Virus record (IMG/VR): IMGVR_UViG_3300032047_000003
Coordinates: 1-64,000 of that record
Direction: 5' to 3' (one strand)
DNA: 64,000 nucleotides
Origin: a virus
Shown piece after piece: positions 36,045 through 45,726 of the stretch (within the stretch, counting starts at the first letter, position 1; every line of letters starts with the position of its first letter). Under the pieces are notes generated by a model that saw only the letters and a list, made by a program, of their open reading frames with translations, did no database searches and was not told where the DNA came from. The position numbers were made by a program, and so were the translations under genes.

Positions 36045-38014
36045 TAAATCACCCTTACGCTAAAAGAATTAATATGAGGAACAGTATTAGTATCTGAACT
36101 TCTGATTACTGCCTTTACATATAACTTGTTGTAATCGCTAGAACTACCTATTATTTTTAAACTGTTTTCTTCTTCAATCCATGAAGAGTCAGTTTCAATA
36201 ACATTTATTTTAAAAAAAGAATACCTTATTCCATTTTCAACTTGCTCTATTATAGTATAATTTTCTAAAGAATTCATAAAATCAAATTTTTCTTCCGGAA
36301 TGTATTTCATTTTAAAACTGAAATTCTTTTCAAAACCCAAATAAACTTTTTCTCCTAAAAAGCCACTAGGATAAGCATACCCTTGAAACAAATACTTATG
36401 GTTGTAGGGATATAGTATATCTTTTGATTCAAAAATTTCTTGATCTGTTAACATTTCCTCTACGTCTTCATAAGAACTTAAACTCACTTCAATTTCATGA
36501 ATTCCTTTTTCAAATTTTATTAAACCGCTTTTTATAAAACCGTTTATTCTTACAGAAGCGCTACCTGCATCCAAGTACTTGCCTTCGATGTTTTCTACTT
36601 CAATGCAAGTTTTATAAACTTCTTTAGTTTTATCAAAAAACCAACCATTATCACTATTGTAAAGTTTTTTGTTTTGTTTAATATTCCTTTTAAAAACGAT
36701 ATTGTTTCTAGTAACACCTTTTATTTTTTCGCTTTCAATTTTAAAGTTTAAAAAATAATTTCCTTTAATTTGCAAAATAGAATATTCCGATTTACTTGAA
36801 TCTATTTTAACTCCATTTTGAGTTAAATCTAAAGTATCAAATCTAATTATATTTTGATTTTCTTTCCAAAAAGCTTCTTTCCAGTTTTCGTCGTCTACGG
36901 AAAGGTAAAAATTTACACTTGTTTTTTCTGGGAATATACAACATGTATCGCTACCAAGCTTTGCCATGGAAAAAGAAATAGGTTCATTTTTAGAATTTAA
37001 AACTTCATACGGCCCTGCATACATGGTTCCTGAAGTTTTTTCAATCTTGTCTTTTCTTATTTTTATTTTCGATATGTTAAAAAGATAAGAATAACCTCCC
37101 CCCTGTTTTTTTACATCGTAGCTTTCTTTTATTAAAGATATCCTCAATCTCTTTACATTCTCTTCGTTTATACAAGTAAAATTCTCGCCTGTCGAAAATC
37201 GCTTTATCCTTGGCTGAATAGCTCTATAGCTAGAGTTTTCTACTTCCACTTCAGTGCCATAATACATCTTAGAATTGGTTTCCATAGCCTTCCCTTGAAT
37301 CATTAAAGAACCAATATAAAGACCTTCTTGTTCCTTTAAGTCTATGTCTATCTCCAGGACAACTCTACCTTGCATTTCAGAACTTACAAATTCTGCTATC
37401 CATTCTTTTCCATTTGAAGTTAATATTTCTTTCACTTCAAAATTAGACCCCTGACTAACTCTCTTTAAAGAACTTCTAAACGAATATTTTATCTCTTTCC
37501 CACCCAAATCTATATATTCTTTTTTTGAATTTAAAGTACAATACCCATTGAAAAAATCAACAGAGCTATTGTTTAAATTTAAAAAGTCTTGACTCTTAAA
37601 GTCTTCACTTATCGAATGCAAAAATATGTCACTGCTAGAATAATTAATCAAAAGGTTGTTGAGCCTTTTTTCTATCGAATCTAAAGAAGAAGAAGTTCTA
37701 TTCAAGTAAGATTGCACGTAACATTTATCTGCATCAAGGAGCCCCACTATAGATTTACTTTCCTTAGCATGGTAATCTAAATCTTCTGCGACCGTTTCCA
37801 TATTTTTGTTAATCTTTTCTGCTGAAGCTTTTTCTAAAAACGAGTATTTTTTTAGAAAAGAGCCACTAGCTCCATAAAAGTTTACTTGCGGATTTTTTTT
37901 CTGAAAACCAATCAAGTATTCATTGATTTGACTTTCGGTAGGAACCCTATTGTTTTTTTTCAAATAATCTTTTACAAAAAATTTTGTTATTATCTTTGAA
38001 TAACTCTTGTTCAT
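36044..38014 (-). CDS. putative baseplate/virion structural protein
   Basis: Coupled structural operon; N-terminal coiled coil plus beta-rich body; C-terminal VKAVIRS...PHINSFSVRV. Confidence 0.55.
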   Translation of the reverse strand: MNKSYSKIITKFFVKDYLKKNNRVPTESQINEYLIGFQKKNPQVNFYGASGSFLKKYSFLEKASAEKINKNMETVAEDLDYHAKESKSIVGLLDADKCYVQSYLNRTSSSLDSIEKRLNNLLINYSSSDIFLHSISEDFKSQDFLNLNNSSVDFFNGYCTLNSKKEYIDLGGKEIKYSFRSSLKRVSQGSNFEVKEILTSNGKEWIAEFVSSEMQGRVVLEIDIDLKEQEGLYIGSLMIQGKAMETNSKMYYGTEVEVENSSYRAIQPRIKRFSTGENFTCINEENVKRLRISLIKESYDVKKQGGGYSYLFNISKIKIRKDKIEKTSGTMYAGPYEVLNSKNEPISFSMAKLGSDTCCIFPEKTSVNFYLSVDDENWKEAFWKENQNIIRFDTLDLTQNGVKIDSSKSEYSILQIKGNYFLNFKIESEKIKGVTRNNIVFKRNIKQNKKLYNSDNGWFFDKTKEVYKTCIEVENIEGKYLDAGSASVRINGFIKSGLIKFEKGIHEIEVSLSSYEDVEEMLTDQEIFESKDILYPYNHKYLFQGYAYPSGFLGEKVYLGFEKNFSFKMKYIPEEKFDFMNSLENYTIIEQVENGIRYSFFKINVIETDSSWIEEENSLKIIGSSSDYNKLYVKAVIRSSDTNTVPHINSFSVRVI

Positions 38015-41000
38015 CTAAATTTAAACCTTAAGGAATATAGCAAAGGGGAAAAGTATTCTCTCACTTCTTCTAAGTTGTAACTGAATAAATTCTTTTTGTA
38101 AAATAAATAGCAATTGCCTCTATCCAAAAGGAATTCGGCTGAATTAATATTTATTTTTTTGCTTGAAAAATCTACTTTGTAATCGTTTACTTTTTTAAGT
38201 ATATCATATTCAGCTATATAATTCGATACATTGTACTGGATACTTGCTGTTTCGTTCTGAAGAACTGCACTAGAGAAAAATATAATACTGTTTTGATAAT
38301 CTACGCTATAGAAGTTTCCTTGATTTTGACTGTTCTTCTTTCTGTAATAGTAAGAGTATCTAATGTTTTTAGGAAGACTGTTACCACCTCCGACAAATAC
38401 AGTTACTTCTCCGTCGCTAGAAATAAACCAATCTCCAAGAGAAGTTACATCTGTTACTACATTCTGTTCTTGAGAAGGAACAAAGTACTCTCCTTCATCT
38501 TCAAAAATTATTCCGGTCTCTTTATAATATAAACCTCTAGCCCCTACCGAGAAACTAACAGTTCCAATTGAACTTAGTATTTGATTGGTAAATTCATCTT
38601 CTATATGGCCCAAGCCTAAAAACTCAGTATTGCCATCAATGTAACCCTTTTCTTTAAATGGTTTGTCAAATGGATTTTCTAATATGTTCTTATCAATTAC
38701 AAAAGATCCTTCAAGTATATTTTCGTGCGAAAGCTCAAATGCTCTTTGCTCGCTTCCTGAAGGTGAAGAATTGTCTAATGTTTTCTGTCTTGAAACTGTT
38801 ATATTTTCTATATTAGAAAATACGCTTGGAATAGACGTATAAAGTTTCTGACTTATTGTTTCAGATTTAAAATTCTCCTTTAAAATCTTGATTCCAACTG
38901 GAGCAGAATCTTTTTCCCAGATTTCATATTCATCATTTTTCAACTTCTTTTTCTCTCTGTAAAAGAAATTTACTTTTATTAGCTTTCCTCTATCTAGAAA
39001 ATCATTTAAATGAAAAACGCTAGATTTTTCATCAAAGTAATATGCATAACCACTACCAGAGTAATTACTTAAGTCTAATAAAGACGAGACTTCCGTAAAA
39101 GAAATACTTGAAGAAATAGAAATACTATCTTTTTCAATTCCATTTTTGCCAAAAAAGAATCTTTTCTTACCAGGTCTTAAGCTAAACTCTCCAGATCTCC
39201 TTATTGCAGACAAATATTTGATTTCAATTTGCTCTTTATTGACGTCAAAAAAGAAATCAAATTTAGAATAAACGTAATCTGATTTTGAAAAAAACCTTAA
39301 TTGCTCTGGTTTCAACCACCATCGCACACGACCCCTTGAAGGAAACATATCCTTTAGGAAAATAATACAATTTTCTCCATAAGATACGAAAAACGTTCCA
39401 TTGCCTAGCAGTTCTACGGCTTCAACTGGTTCGTAATCTACATTGTTAATACTAATACCCAAATCTTCTTTTTCAATTTTTAAATTTTTTAAAGATATAG
39501 GTATATCGACTTTTATATAAAGACCGTCAGGAGTTGCTTGAATGCCATCTATCATGATGTTCAACTTCATAGTATCGCTCTTAATGTACTTTAAAGTTTT
39601 ATACCTCTTGTTCTTAGAAGTTCTATTCAGTCCAGTATCGCAAAAAACTGAAATTTTTTCTTTTTTAACTTCTCCTTCGAAGCTCATATTGCACGGATTT
39701 ACTTTTTTGCTAACTGTTTTGTTTTTATAAATCAATTCAGACAAATTTTCTTCATAAGAAGACTTGTTTTTAAAATCAAAATCTTTTCTTTCTAAAAAAT
39801 ATTTCCATTTAAAAAACTTTTCGTCTCCATTCAGCAAGAAAGTATTCTCTTCCCGTTCAATTTCTTTCCACTTTCCTTGAGAGTAAACCCCAATGTTTTC
39901 TCCATACAGGTCTCTTTGCTTTGGAAATACTTCTATTTCTGCTTCCCCAGCAAAAACCTCCACACCTAAAGGTATACTTTTCGAATAAGAAGATCCTTCT
40001 TTCGTATACTTTATAGACTTTGGTTCAATGTACCTTATAGATATTGAAAATCTTTTTCTTTCTCTCTCTCTCAACCTTCTTTCTTTTTTAACAACATTTG
40101 AATTCTCTTGTTTAAAAAGGATGCAAAATGAATCGCATTTTATTGGAAGGAAATTTAAAGTATAGTTTTCTCCAGATTCGCTGCTTATGTAAAATGAAGA
40201 AGCTTTGCATAAACTTTTTATTGACACTGTCTTGCTGTTCTTTTTGTAAAACAATACGTCTTCTATTTCAAAACCCAAGTTCTCTTCATTTAAAAAAGGA
40301 AAAATATCTATGCTGTTTAGAATAGATTCTCTTGCTAATTCAAAATTAAGTTTCAATGTTAACGGCCCAGAATCAAGTTTTTCATATTCAAAATAAACTT
40401 TTTGATCCTTATTTAAAATGTTATCCAAGTTTTGAGTATTGGAATCAATGCTCAAATCTGAATTTCCCGGAACTCCATTGCCTTCCCCGAGGTACAAGGA
40501 CTTAACTATAGCAACATCTTCAGATTTTATCGGAAGAGTGCAAAGCCCCATGTCATGGTTAAAGTTCAAATTGTTGGTTCCAGTTTTAAGATAATCCATG
40601 TTTGTAAAATTTTCTAAATGCAAAAAAGAAATGTTTTCTTTCCACAAATTTAAAGCTGATTTTTTTTGATTAATTCTTTTTACTTTTCCACGTATCGATT
40701 CTAGAAGAAAATTAATTTCATTCAATTCTGTAAAAAGTCTACTTTCAATAAAATTAAATACGTTATAACTGTTTATCAACTTCCTGTTTAACAAAGTGAC
40801 ATTGAAACCATAGTTTTCAATTAAAAGCTCGTCTCTTTCATCTACTAAAACAACTTGATTCAATGTTTCATTTTCTATTATTCTTACGTAATCAAGGAAC
40901 AAGCTTTCGTGTTGAATTCTCTCCTCCAATGTAATTCTGGAAGAAAGTTTCCCCTTAAATAATTTTGCTAATCCAAAATAAACAAAAGAATTAAGATCAT

Positions 41001-41031
41001 CTTCAACTAAATAAAAATTATTTGAACTCAT
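38011..41031 (-). CDS. putative baseplate/virion structural protein
   Basis: Same layout as its neighbours; YSVDY..SIIFFS repeats; C-terminal SPLLYSLRFKF. Confidence 0.55.
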   Translation of the reverse strand: MSSNNFYLVEDDLNSFVYFGLAKLFKGKLSSRITLEERIQHESLFLDYVRIIENETLNQVVLVDERDELLIENYGFNVTLLNRKLINSYNVFNFIESRLFTELNEINFLLESIRGKVKRINQKKSALNLWKENISFLHLENFTNMDYLKTGTNNLNFNHDMGLCTLPIKSEDVAIVKSLYLGEGNGVPGNSDLSIDSNTQNLDNILNKDQKVYFEYEKLDSGPLTLKLNFELARESILNSIDIFPFLNEENLGFEIEDVLFYKKNSKTVSIKSLCKASSFYISSESGENYTLNFLPIKCDSFCILFKQENSNVVKKERRLRERERKRFSISIRYIEPKSIKYTKEGSSYSKSIPLGVEVFAGEAEIEVFPKQRDLYGENIGVYSQGKWKEIEREENTFLLNGDEKFFKWKYFLERKDFDFKNKSSYEENLSELIYKNKTVSKKVNPCNMSFEGEVKKEKISVFCDTGLNRTSKNKRYKTLKYIKSDTMKLNIMIDGIQATPDGLYIKVDIPISLKNLKIEKEDLGISINNVDYEPVEAVELLGNGTFFVSYGENCIIFLKDMFPSRGRVRWWLKPEQLRFFSKSDYVYSKFDFFFDVNKEQIEIKYLSAIRRSGEFSLRPGKKRFFFGKNGIEKDSISISSSISFTEVSSLLDLSNYSGSGYAYYFDEKSSVFHLNDFLDRGKLIKVNFFYREKKKLKNDEYEIWEKDSAPVGIKILKENFKSETISQKLYTSIPSVFSNIENITVSRQKTLDNSSPSGSEQRAFELSHENILEGSFVIDKNILENPFDKPFKEKGYIDGNTEFLGLGHIEDEFTNQILSSIGTVSFSVGARGLYYKETGIIFEDEGEYFVPSQEQNVVTDVTSLGDWFISSDGEVTVFVGGGNSLPKNIRYSYYYRKKNSQNQGNFYSVDYQNSIIFFSSAVLQNETASIQYNVSNYIAEYDILKKVNDYKVDFSSKKININSAEFLLDRGNCYLFYKKNLFSYNLEEVREYFSPLLYSLRFKFR

Positions 41032-43196
41032 AAGTCGTTTCCTCGCAGCTTATTTCCGAATTTCTTTTTTATAAAATTCTCTTCTCCCTTTTTCCCGTTC
41101 TGAAAGATAGTATTTATGTATTTGTTTATTAGAAATATTTCATTAGAATTGCCAAATACATTTCTTGCTGTAATTATATTTTGACAATATCCGTAATTAG
41201 GAAAAAGTTTTTGGTCTAGTTTTATTTTCTCATTAATAAGAAACACATTGTTTTTCTTAGAAAGAGTTTGCTCAGGCTCTATCTTGTATCTTACTTTGTA
41301 AACAGTCTTTTCCTTTTTAGGAATCGTAAGTTTTATTTTTAAATTTCCAGCTTTTTTATTTTGTATTTCAGATAAATAATATTCAGAATCAATAACGTTT
41401 CCATACCAAGAAACACCATTGTCCAAACTGTAAAGATAATCTAAACCTGGTTCTAAAAGGCGTTCACCTTCATGCACTTCTAAAAAAAACTCATTTCTAC
41501 CGTAAATGAATATTTCGTTTTCATTTATACTATTAGTAAAATCCTCTGGAGTATAATTTGAAAAATCGTAATCAGTTTTGGTAATTGCAATTAACCATGA
41601 ATTGCTCGAAGCTTTTCTAAACACAAATCCTATGGTGTTTACATCTTGACTTACCAAGAACCCTTCCTGCATCAAGTTGACCAAAAATCCACTTTGATCG
41701 ACTTCAGGGTTGAAACACTCATCTAAAACTATTTCATAAACGCTAAAATTGTTCCAACTCAAAAGCTTGTAATCGTTTATATCTAGCTCAACTTGCAACT
41801 CGCAGCTACCTTCAATCACATCTGGGTACAGTTTGCATCTTGCTTCAGTGGGAAAAAATAATAATATTTCTTCTTGAAAAGATTGAGAGTCTGGAAGCGG
41901 CAACACTTCTTCTACTTGTAGATTTCCATCTGCATCAATTAAGGATAATCCTAAATATGACTCTATCATGTACGAATCTGAAACTGCAGTGTATTCTAAA
42001 TTTGTCTTAGAAGAAACAAAATCAAATACTTCTATTGGCTTCGATTGCAAAAAACCATAGGTTTTAAAATGCATGCAACCTATTTCAATATCTTTAATTG
42101 ATAAGTCAAATACATTTCCCACTATTTCTTCGTAGTCTTCTTCCGTTCTTGAAAGAAATCCATTTTTTTGAAGACTTTCATTCAAATAAAAACTTTTTTT
42201 ATTCGATACGATTACTCGAGCATTTTCCAAAAATGCTCTTTGCTCGAATTTCAATTTGAACTTATGGCAGTAAATTCTTTGAAAAAATATATAAAATTTA
42301 TTGTCTATTGTTTTCGTTTCAAATTCTAAACTAAAATTCTCTTTTCCATCCTGGCATTCAATGCTTTTTAAAATAAAACCTTGCATCGAAACAGGGTCTA
42401 TTTTCAAGTAATTGACGGAAGAGTAACTTTCTAAATCTAATTCTAAAGTTAAGGTAGGAGCTAAACTGTAAGGATATTCTAGAAAAGATGTTTTCCTTTT
42501 GTAAAAACGACTTGAAGTATCAGAAGTAGACTTTACTATTGCGTATCTAAATATTTTTCCTTTTCTAAAAATATCATTAGGGTTTTCGTTATCAAATATT
42601 TTTTTTCGAGTATCCCCCACATTGGTTTCTTCATCGATGACAACACATCTGTCTACATTGTAAATCTCTCTTCTTTCTAAAGGCAACCCTATGCCTGATC
42701 CAAAAATACCTTCCATTAAATTTTTTCTTTGAAAGCTTAAGTTTGTTTTATAGTCTTTTCTAAAAATACTATTACTCGTATAGTCTATTTTATCTTTTTC
42801 TTTAGAAAAATTATTTACATGAACTAAGTCTGAATTCTCAAAGTATTTAACTTCTAGAGATTCAACTTCCGAATCAATTTCCCTTACTAAATCTCCTTGG
42901 GATTTTACCAAGTACTTACAGTACTCATTTAAATAAGTGCTACTTTCTTTTATTTTTTCCAACCTAGTATTCAAAATAGAAACTTGATATTTCAAACCTT
43001 TCAATCTTGAAGTTTCCCCACTAGAAAGAAATATATCATCTGCTGATACAATCATAGGTTGGGGTTGATAGTTTTCTTCTAAAGTGGAATTTAAAAATTC
43101 TTTTCGGTAAACAATATGCTTGCCAAAAGCTCTATCGTTCAAAAAGGTATTAGTGACTTCTCTTAATTTTTTTTTTAGATTTATATTTTTTTTCAT
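41028..43196 (-). CDS. putative baseplate/virion structural protein
   Basis: ATGA-coupled; coiled coil plus beta-rich domains. Confidence 0.55.
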   Translation of the reverse strand: MKKNINLKKKLREVTNTFLNDRAFGKHIVYRKEFLNSTLEENYQPQPMIVSADDIFLSSGETSRLKGLKYQVSILNTRLEKIKESSTYLNEYCKYLVKSQGDLVREIDSEVESLEVKYFENSDLVHVNNFSKEKDKIDYTSNSIFRKDYKTNLSFQRKNLMEGIFGSGIGLPLERREIYNVDRCVVIDEETNVGDTRKKIFDNENPNDIFRKGKIFRYAIVKSTSDTSSRFYKRKTSFLEYPYSLAPTLTLELDLESYSSVNYLKIDPVSMQGFILKSIECQDGKENFSLEFETKTIDNKFYIFFQRIYCHKFKLKFEQRAFLENARVIVSNKKSFYLNESLQKNGFLSRTEEDYEEIVGNVFDLSIKDIEIGCMHFKTYGFLQSKPIEVFDFVSSKTNLEYTAVSDSYMIESYLGLSLIDADGNLQVEEVLPLPDSQSFQEEILLFFPTEARCKLYPDVIEGSCELQVELDINDYKLLSWNNFSVYEIVLDECFNPEVDQSGFLVNLMQEGFLVSQDVNTIGFVFRKASSNSWLIAITKTDYDFSNYTPEDFTNSINENEIFIYGRNEFFLEVHEGERLLEPGLDYLYSLDNGVSWYGNVIDSEYYLSEIQNKKAGNLKIKLTIPKKEKTVYKVRYKIEPEQTLSKKNNVFLINEKIKLDQKLFPNYGYCQNIITARNVFGNSNEIFLINKYINTIFQNGKKGEENFIKKKFGNKLRGNDL

Positions 43197-43633
43197 TCCG
43201 CCACCATATTTATGAAAAGCCTTCTTGACAAAATAGAGCTAGGAGCTTCTACTTTGACGGTTAAAACTTTCCTTTCATCTATGTCAAAGGAACCCAAGTT
43301 AACTCCGTTACTTTTTTTAGAAGCTATGTCTTTGTTAAAAATGTATTCCTTTCCGTCGTAAATTACAATTAAACAACCAAAATTATTAGAATTTAAAACT
43401 TTTTCATTACCCAATTTGATTAAATCGTAATAGTCTATGTACGGTTCAAATGTAGCTGGATTGTCTAAAGATCCCAGCGTTTCGCTCTTTTCAAAATACA
43501 CTACAACTTTGCTTTTAAAAGCATTAGATACATTATGTATAATAAAATCAACTTCTGAACTTGTTCCAAAGTCAGTTTCTATTAAATGCGGATCGTATAT
43601 ATTTTCAAAATTACGGTTTTTTATTTCTATCAT
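43193..43633 (-). CDS. hypothetical structural protein
   Basis: ATGA-coupled on both sides. Confidence 0.55.
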   Translation of the reverse strand: MIEIKNRNFENIYDPHLIETDFGTSSEVDFIIHNVSNAFKSKVVVYFEKSETLGSLDNPATFEPYIDYYDLIKLGNEKVLNSNNFGCLIVIYDGKEYIFNKDIASKKSNGVNLGSFDIDERKVLTVKVEAPSSILSRRLFINMVAE

Positions 43634-45717
43634 CTTACATAAACCTCTCGATAATTATGCAAAGGGTATTCGTATCCTTTTTCTTTTATTGAAGCAGCGT
43701 AGTAATATATAGATCCCGAAAGAACGTCTTCGTCTACAAGCGTAAATCCACCCAAAGTTGATTTTACCGTACTGCACTGAACATATGCTTCTTCTTTTTT
43801 TGACTTTTTATAAAGTATATATTCTCTTTCTTTCCCACAGAAATTAAAATCAAAACGCAATTCACCTTTTTTAAAATTAGTTATTTCAAATTCCCCTTTA
43901 GGATACGTCCACTTTAGTACATTTTTTGAAAAACTTGGCATTTTGCTATTTATCAATTCTTTTACTTTGCTTTCTGAAAATGGCCCACCGTAAGTTTCAA
44001 GCAAAGACATCGGTACTTCTATGTAGTGGCAATTGCTTTTAGAATATCTTATGCCGCCCAGACTGTAGCCCAATCTGCTTTGTATAAGCTTTCTGTTTCT
44101 ATTTAAAACTTTTTTCTTTTCTTCTTTTTTTATTTTTCCGCCTTTTTCTTGATACTCAAAATGAAAGACCTCGTCAATGTTAGTCTTTTCCTGAAAAGAA
44201 ATTTCTCCTAGCACTTGATACCTAAACTGATTATCTCCTTCTGAAGAATAAAGAGCTTTAAATCCACCCTCTCCTTTATAGCTGCTTCCTACTACCGTAT
44301 TTGAGTTTGGGTTTCCACTTTCATCTGTAACCGAAAGACAAGGGTAGTTTGCTCTTTCCGATGCTAAACCATCTCCTTGGGAACAATATACTATGCTTCC
44401 ATATTTGTTCACTTTCAGATAGTGAATACTAGTTTCGTAATTATATAAATTCGGTATACAATAAAAAACGTAGTAATTCTTTAAAATGTCTTTATTGTAA
44501 ATAGGATTTAAATTTACTTTAGAATATTGAAAGTTTTTCTTTTTGTAGAAAAAAGAACCCTTGTAAGTACTTGTTGAATCTAAATCCTCTTTCAGCTCTA
44601 TAAAACCTTTTTCTTCGTCCACAGACGATATCATATCCGTTTCCCAAAATATATCTGATTTTTCAAACCTTTCATTAGTTTTAGTTTTATCAGTAGAAAA
44701 AACTCGACTCAACGTTTTGTCTTCAGAATACACAAATACTTCAACATTCAAGTTTTTTTCTTTTGAGTAAAAAATAGAATCAGTATCGCTTTTCAATGTG
44801 TTTTTGTTAACCCAATCCAATTCAAAATATACAACAAAACTGTAAGGGAAAAAAGGAGTAAAGTGTTGATTATAATACTCGTTTACTCGATATTTATACA
44901 AATAGTTTTCATAGGTTTTGCTAAAGTTTCCATTTTGTATCTCTAGATACCATGGCTCTCTCGAGCTTCGACCTTTCGGAGCATTGCATTTAATGTAATT
45001 CTCAGACAAAGGAAACCAATAGTACTCCCCAGGGCTATTCAAAAAGTAACTAAAATTACCAGCGTTTTCCACCTTTTCGTATCCGTAAACTCCTGCTTTT
45101 ACTTGGCCCGTAAAAGGATCTATATCTTCCCAAGTCAATTCATATACCACGTCTGAGGAGTCTAAAAGCTCTCTATAGGAATTTCCATTAACGTCTATCC
45201 AGTTGACATAAAACAACCTATATCTTCCCGACTTTTCATCAAAATGATTTATATAATTGTGGTAAATAGAATTATTAGCTATATCTACCTTGTAAACTTC
45301 GTCATATTCTTCTGACATATTTGTTTTGATTTCGATATTGGCTTCAACAGCCGAGTTTAAACGATGAACATAAAACAATGGGGTTTCAACATTGCTACTA
45401 TTTAAGTGAACGATATTAGTTACCTTAATAGAGTTATACTCAGTGTTAATAGAACTTCCATTTATAAGAAAATACTTTTCTTCTTTAGGCCCGCTATAAC
45501 CTGAATTCTTATTATTAATGCTTCTTAAGTCATTTATATTTAAGTTGCTATCGGAATATATTTTTTTACAATGTACATAAGTTAAGGGGATTCTTGTATC
45601 CTTTATTGTCTCTTTGTATACGAAACTTTCTAAAGGTTTTTTAACGTAAGACCTTACGTCAATCTCTTGGAATTGACGCTTTGAGTTATTAACAATTTCT
45701 AAAGTAACTTTATTCAT
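43630..45717 (-). CDS. putative structural protein with C-terminal FN3-like domain
   Basis: C-terminal YILYKK...DEDVLSGSIYYY FN3-like pattern. Confidence 0.55.
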   Translation of the reverse strand: MNKVTLEIVNNSKRQFQEIDVRSYVKKPLESFVYKETIKDTRIPLTYVHCKKIYSDSNLNINDLRSINNKNSGYSGPKEEKYFLINGSSINTEYNSIKVTNIVHLNSSNVETPLFYVHRLNSAVEANIEIKTNMSEEYDEVYKVDIANNSIYHNYINHFDEKSGRYRLFYVNWIDVNGNSYRELLDSSDVVYELTWEDIDPFTGQVKAGVYGYEKVENAGNFSYFLNSPGEYYWFPLSENYIKCNAPKGRSSREPWYLEIQNGNFSKTYENYLYKYRVNEYYNQHFTPFFPYSFVVYFELDWVNKNTLKSDTDSIFYSKEKNLNVEVFVYSEDKTLSRVFSTDKTKTNERFEKSDIFWETDMISSVDEEKGFIELKEDLDSTSTYKGSFFYKKKNFQYSKVNLNPIYNKDILKNYYVFYCIPNLYNYETSIHYLKVNKYGSIVYCSQGDGLASERANYPCLSVTDESGNPNSNTVVGSSYKGEGGFKALYSSEGDNQFRYQVLGEISFQEKTNIDEVFHFEYQEKGGKIKKEEKKKVLNRNRKLIQSRLGYSLGGIRYSKSNCHYIEVPMSLLETYGGPFSESKVKELINSKMPSFSKNVLKWTYPKGEFEITNFKKGELRFDFNFCGKEREYILYKKSKKEEAYVQCSTVKSTLGGFTLVDEDVLSGSIYYYAASIKEKGYEYPLHNYREVYVR

Positions 45718-45726
45718 TTTATTTTT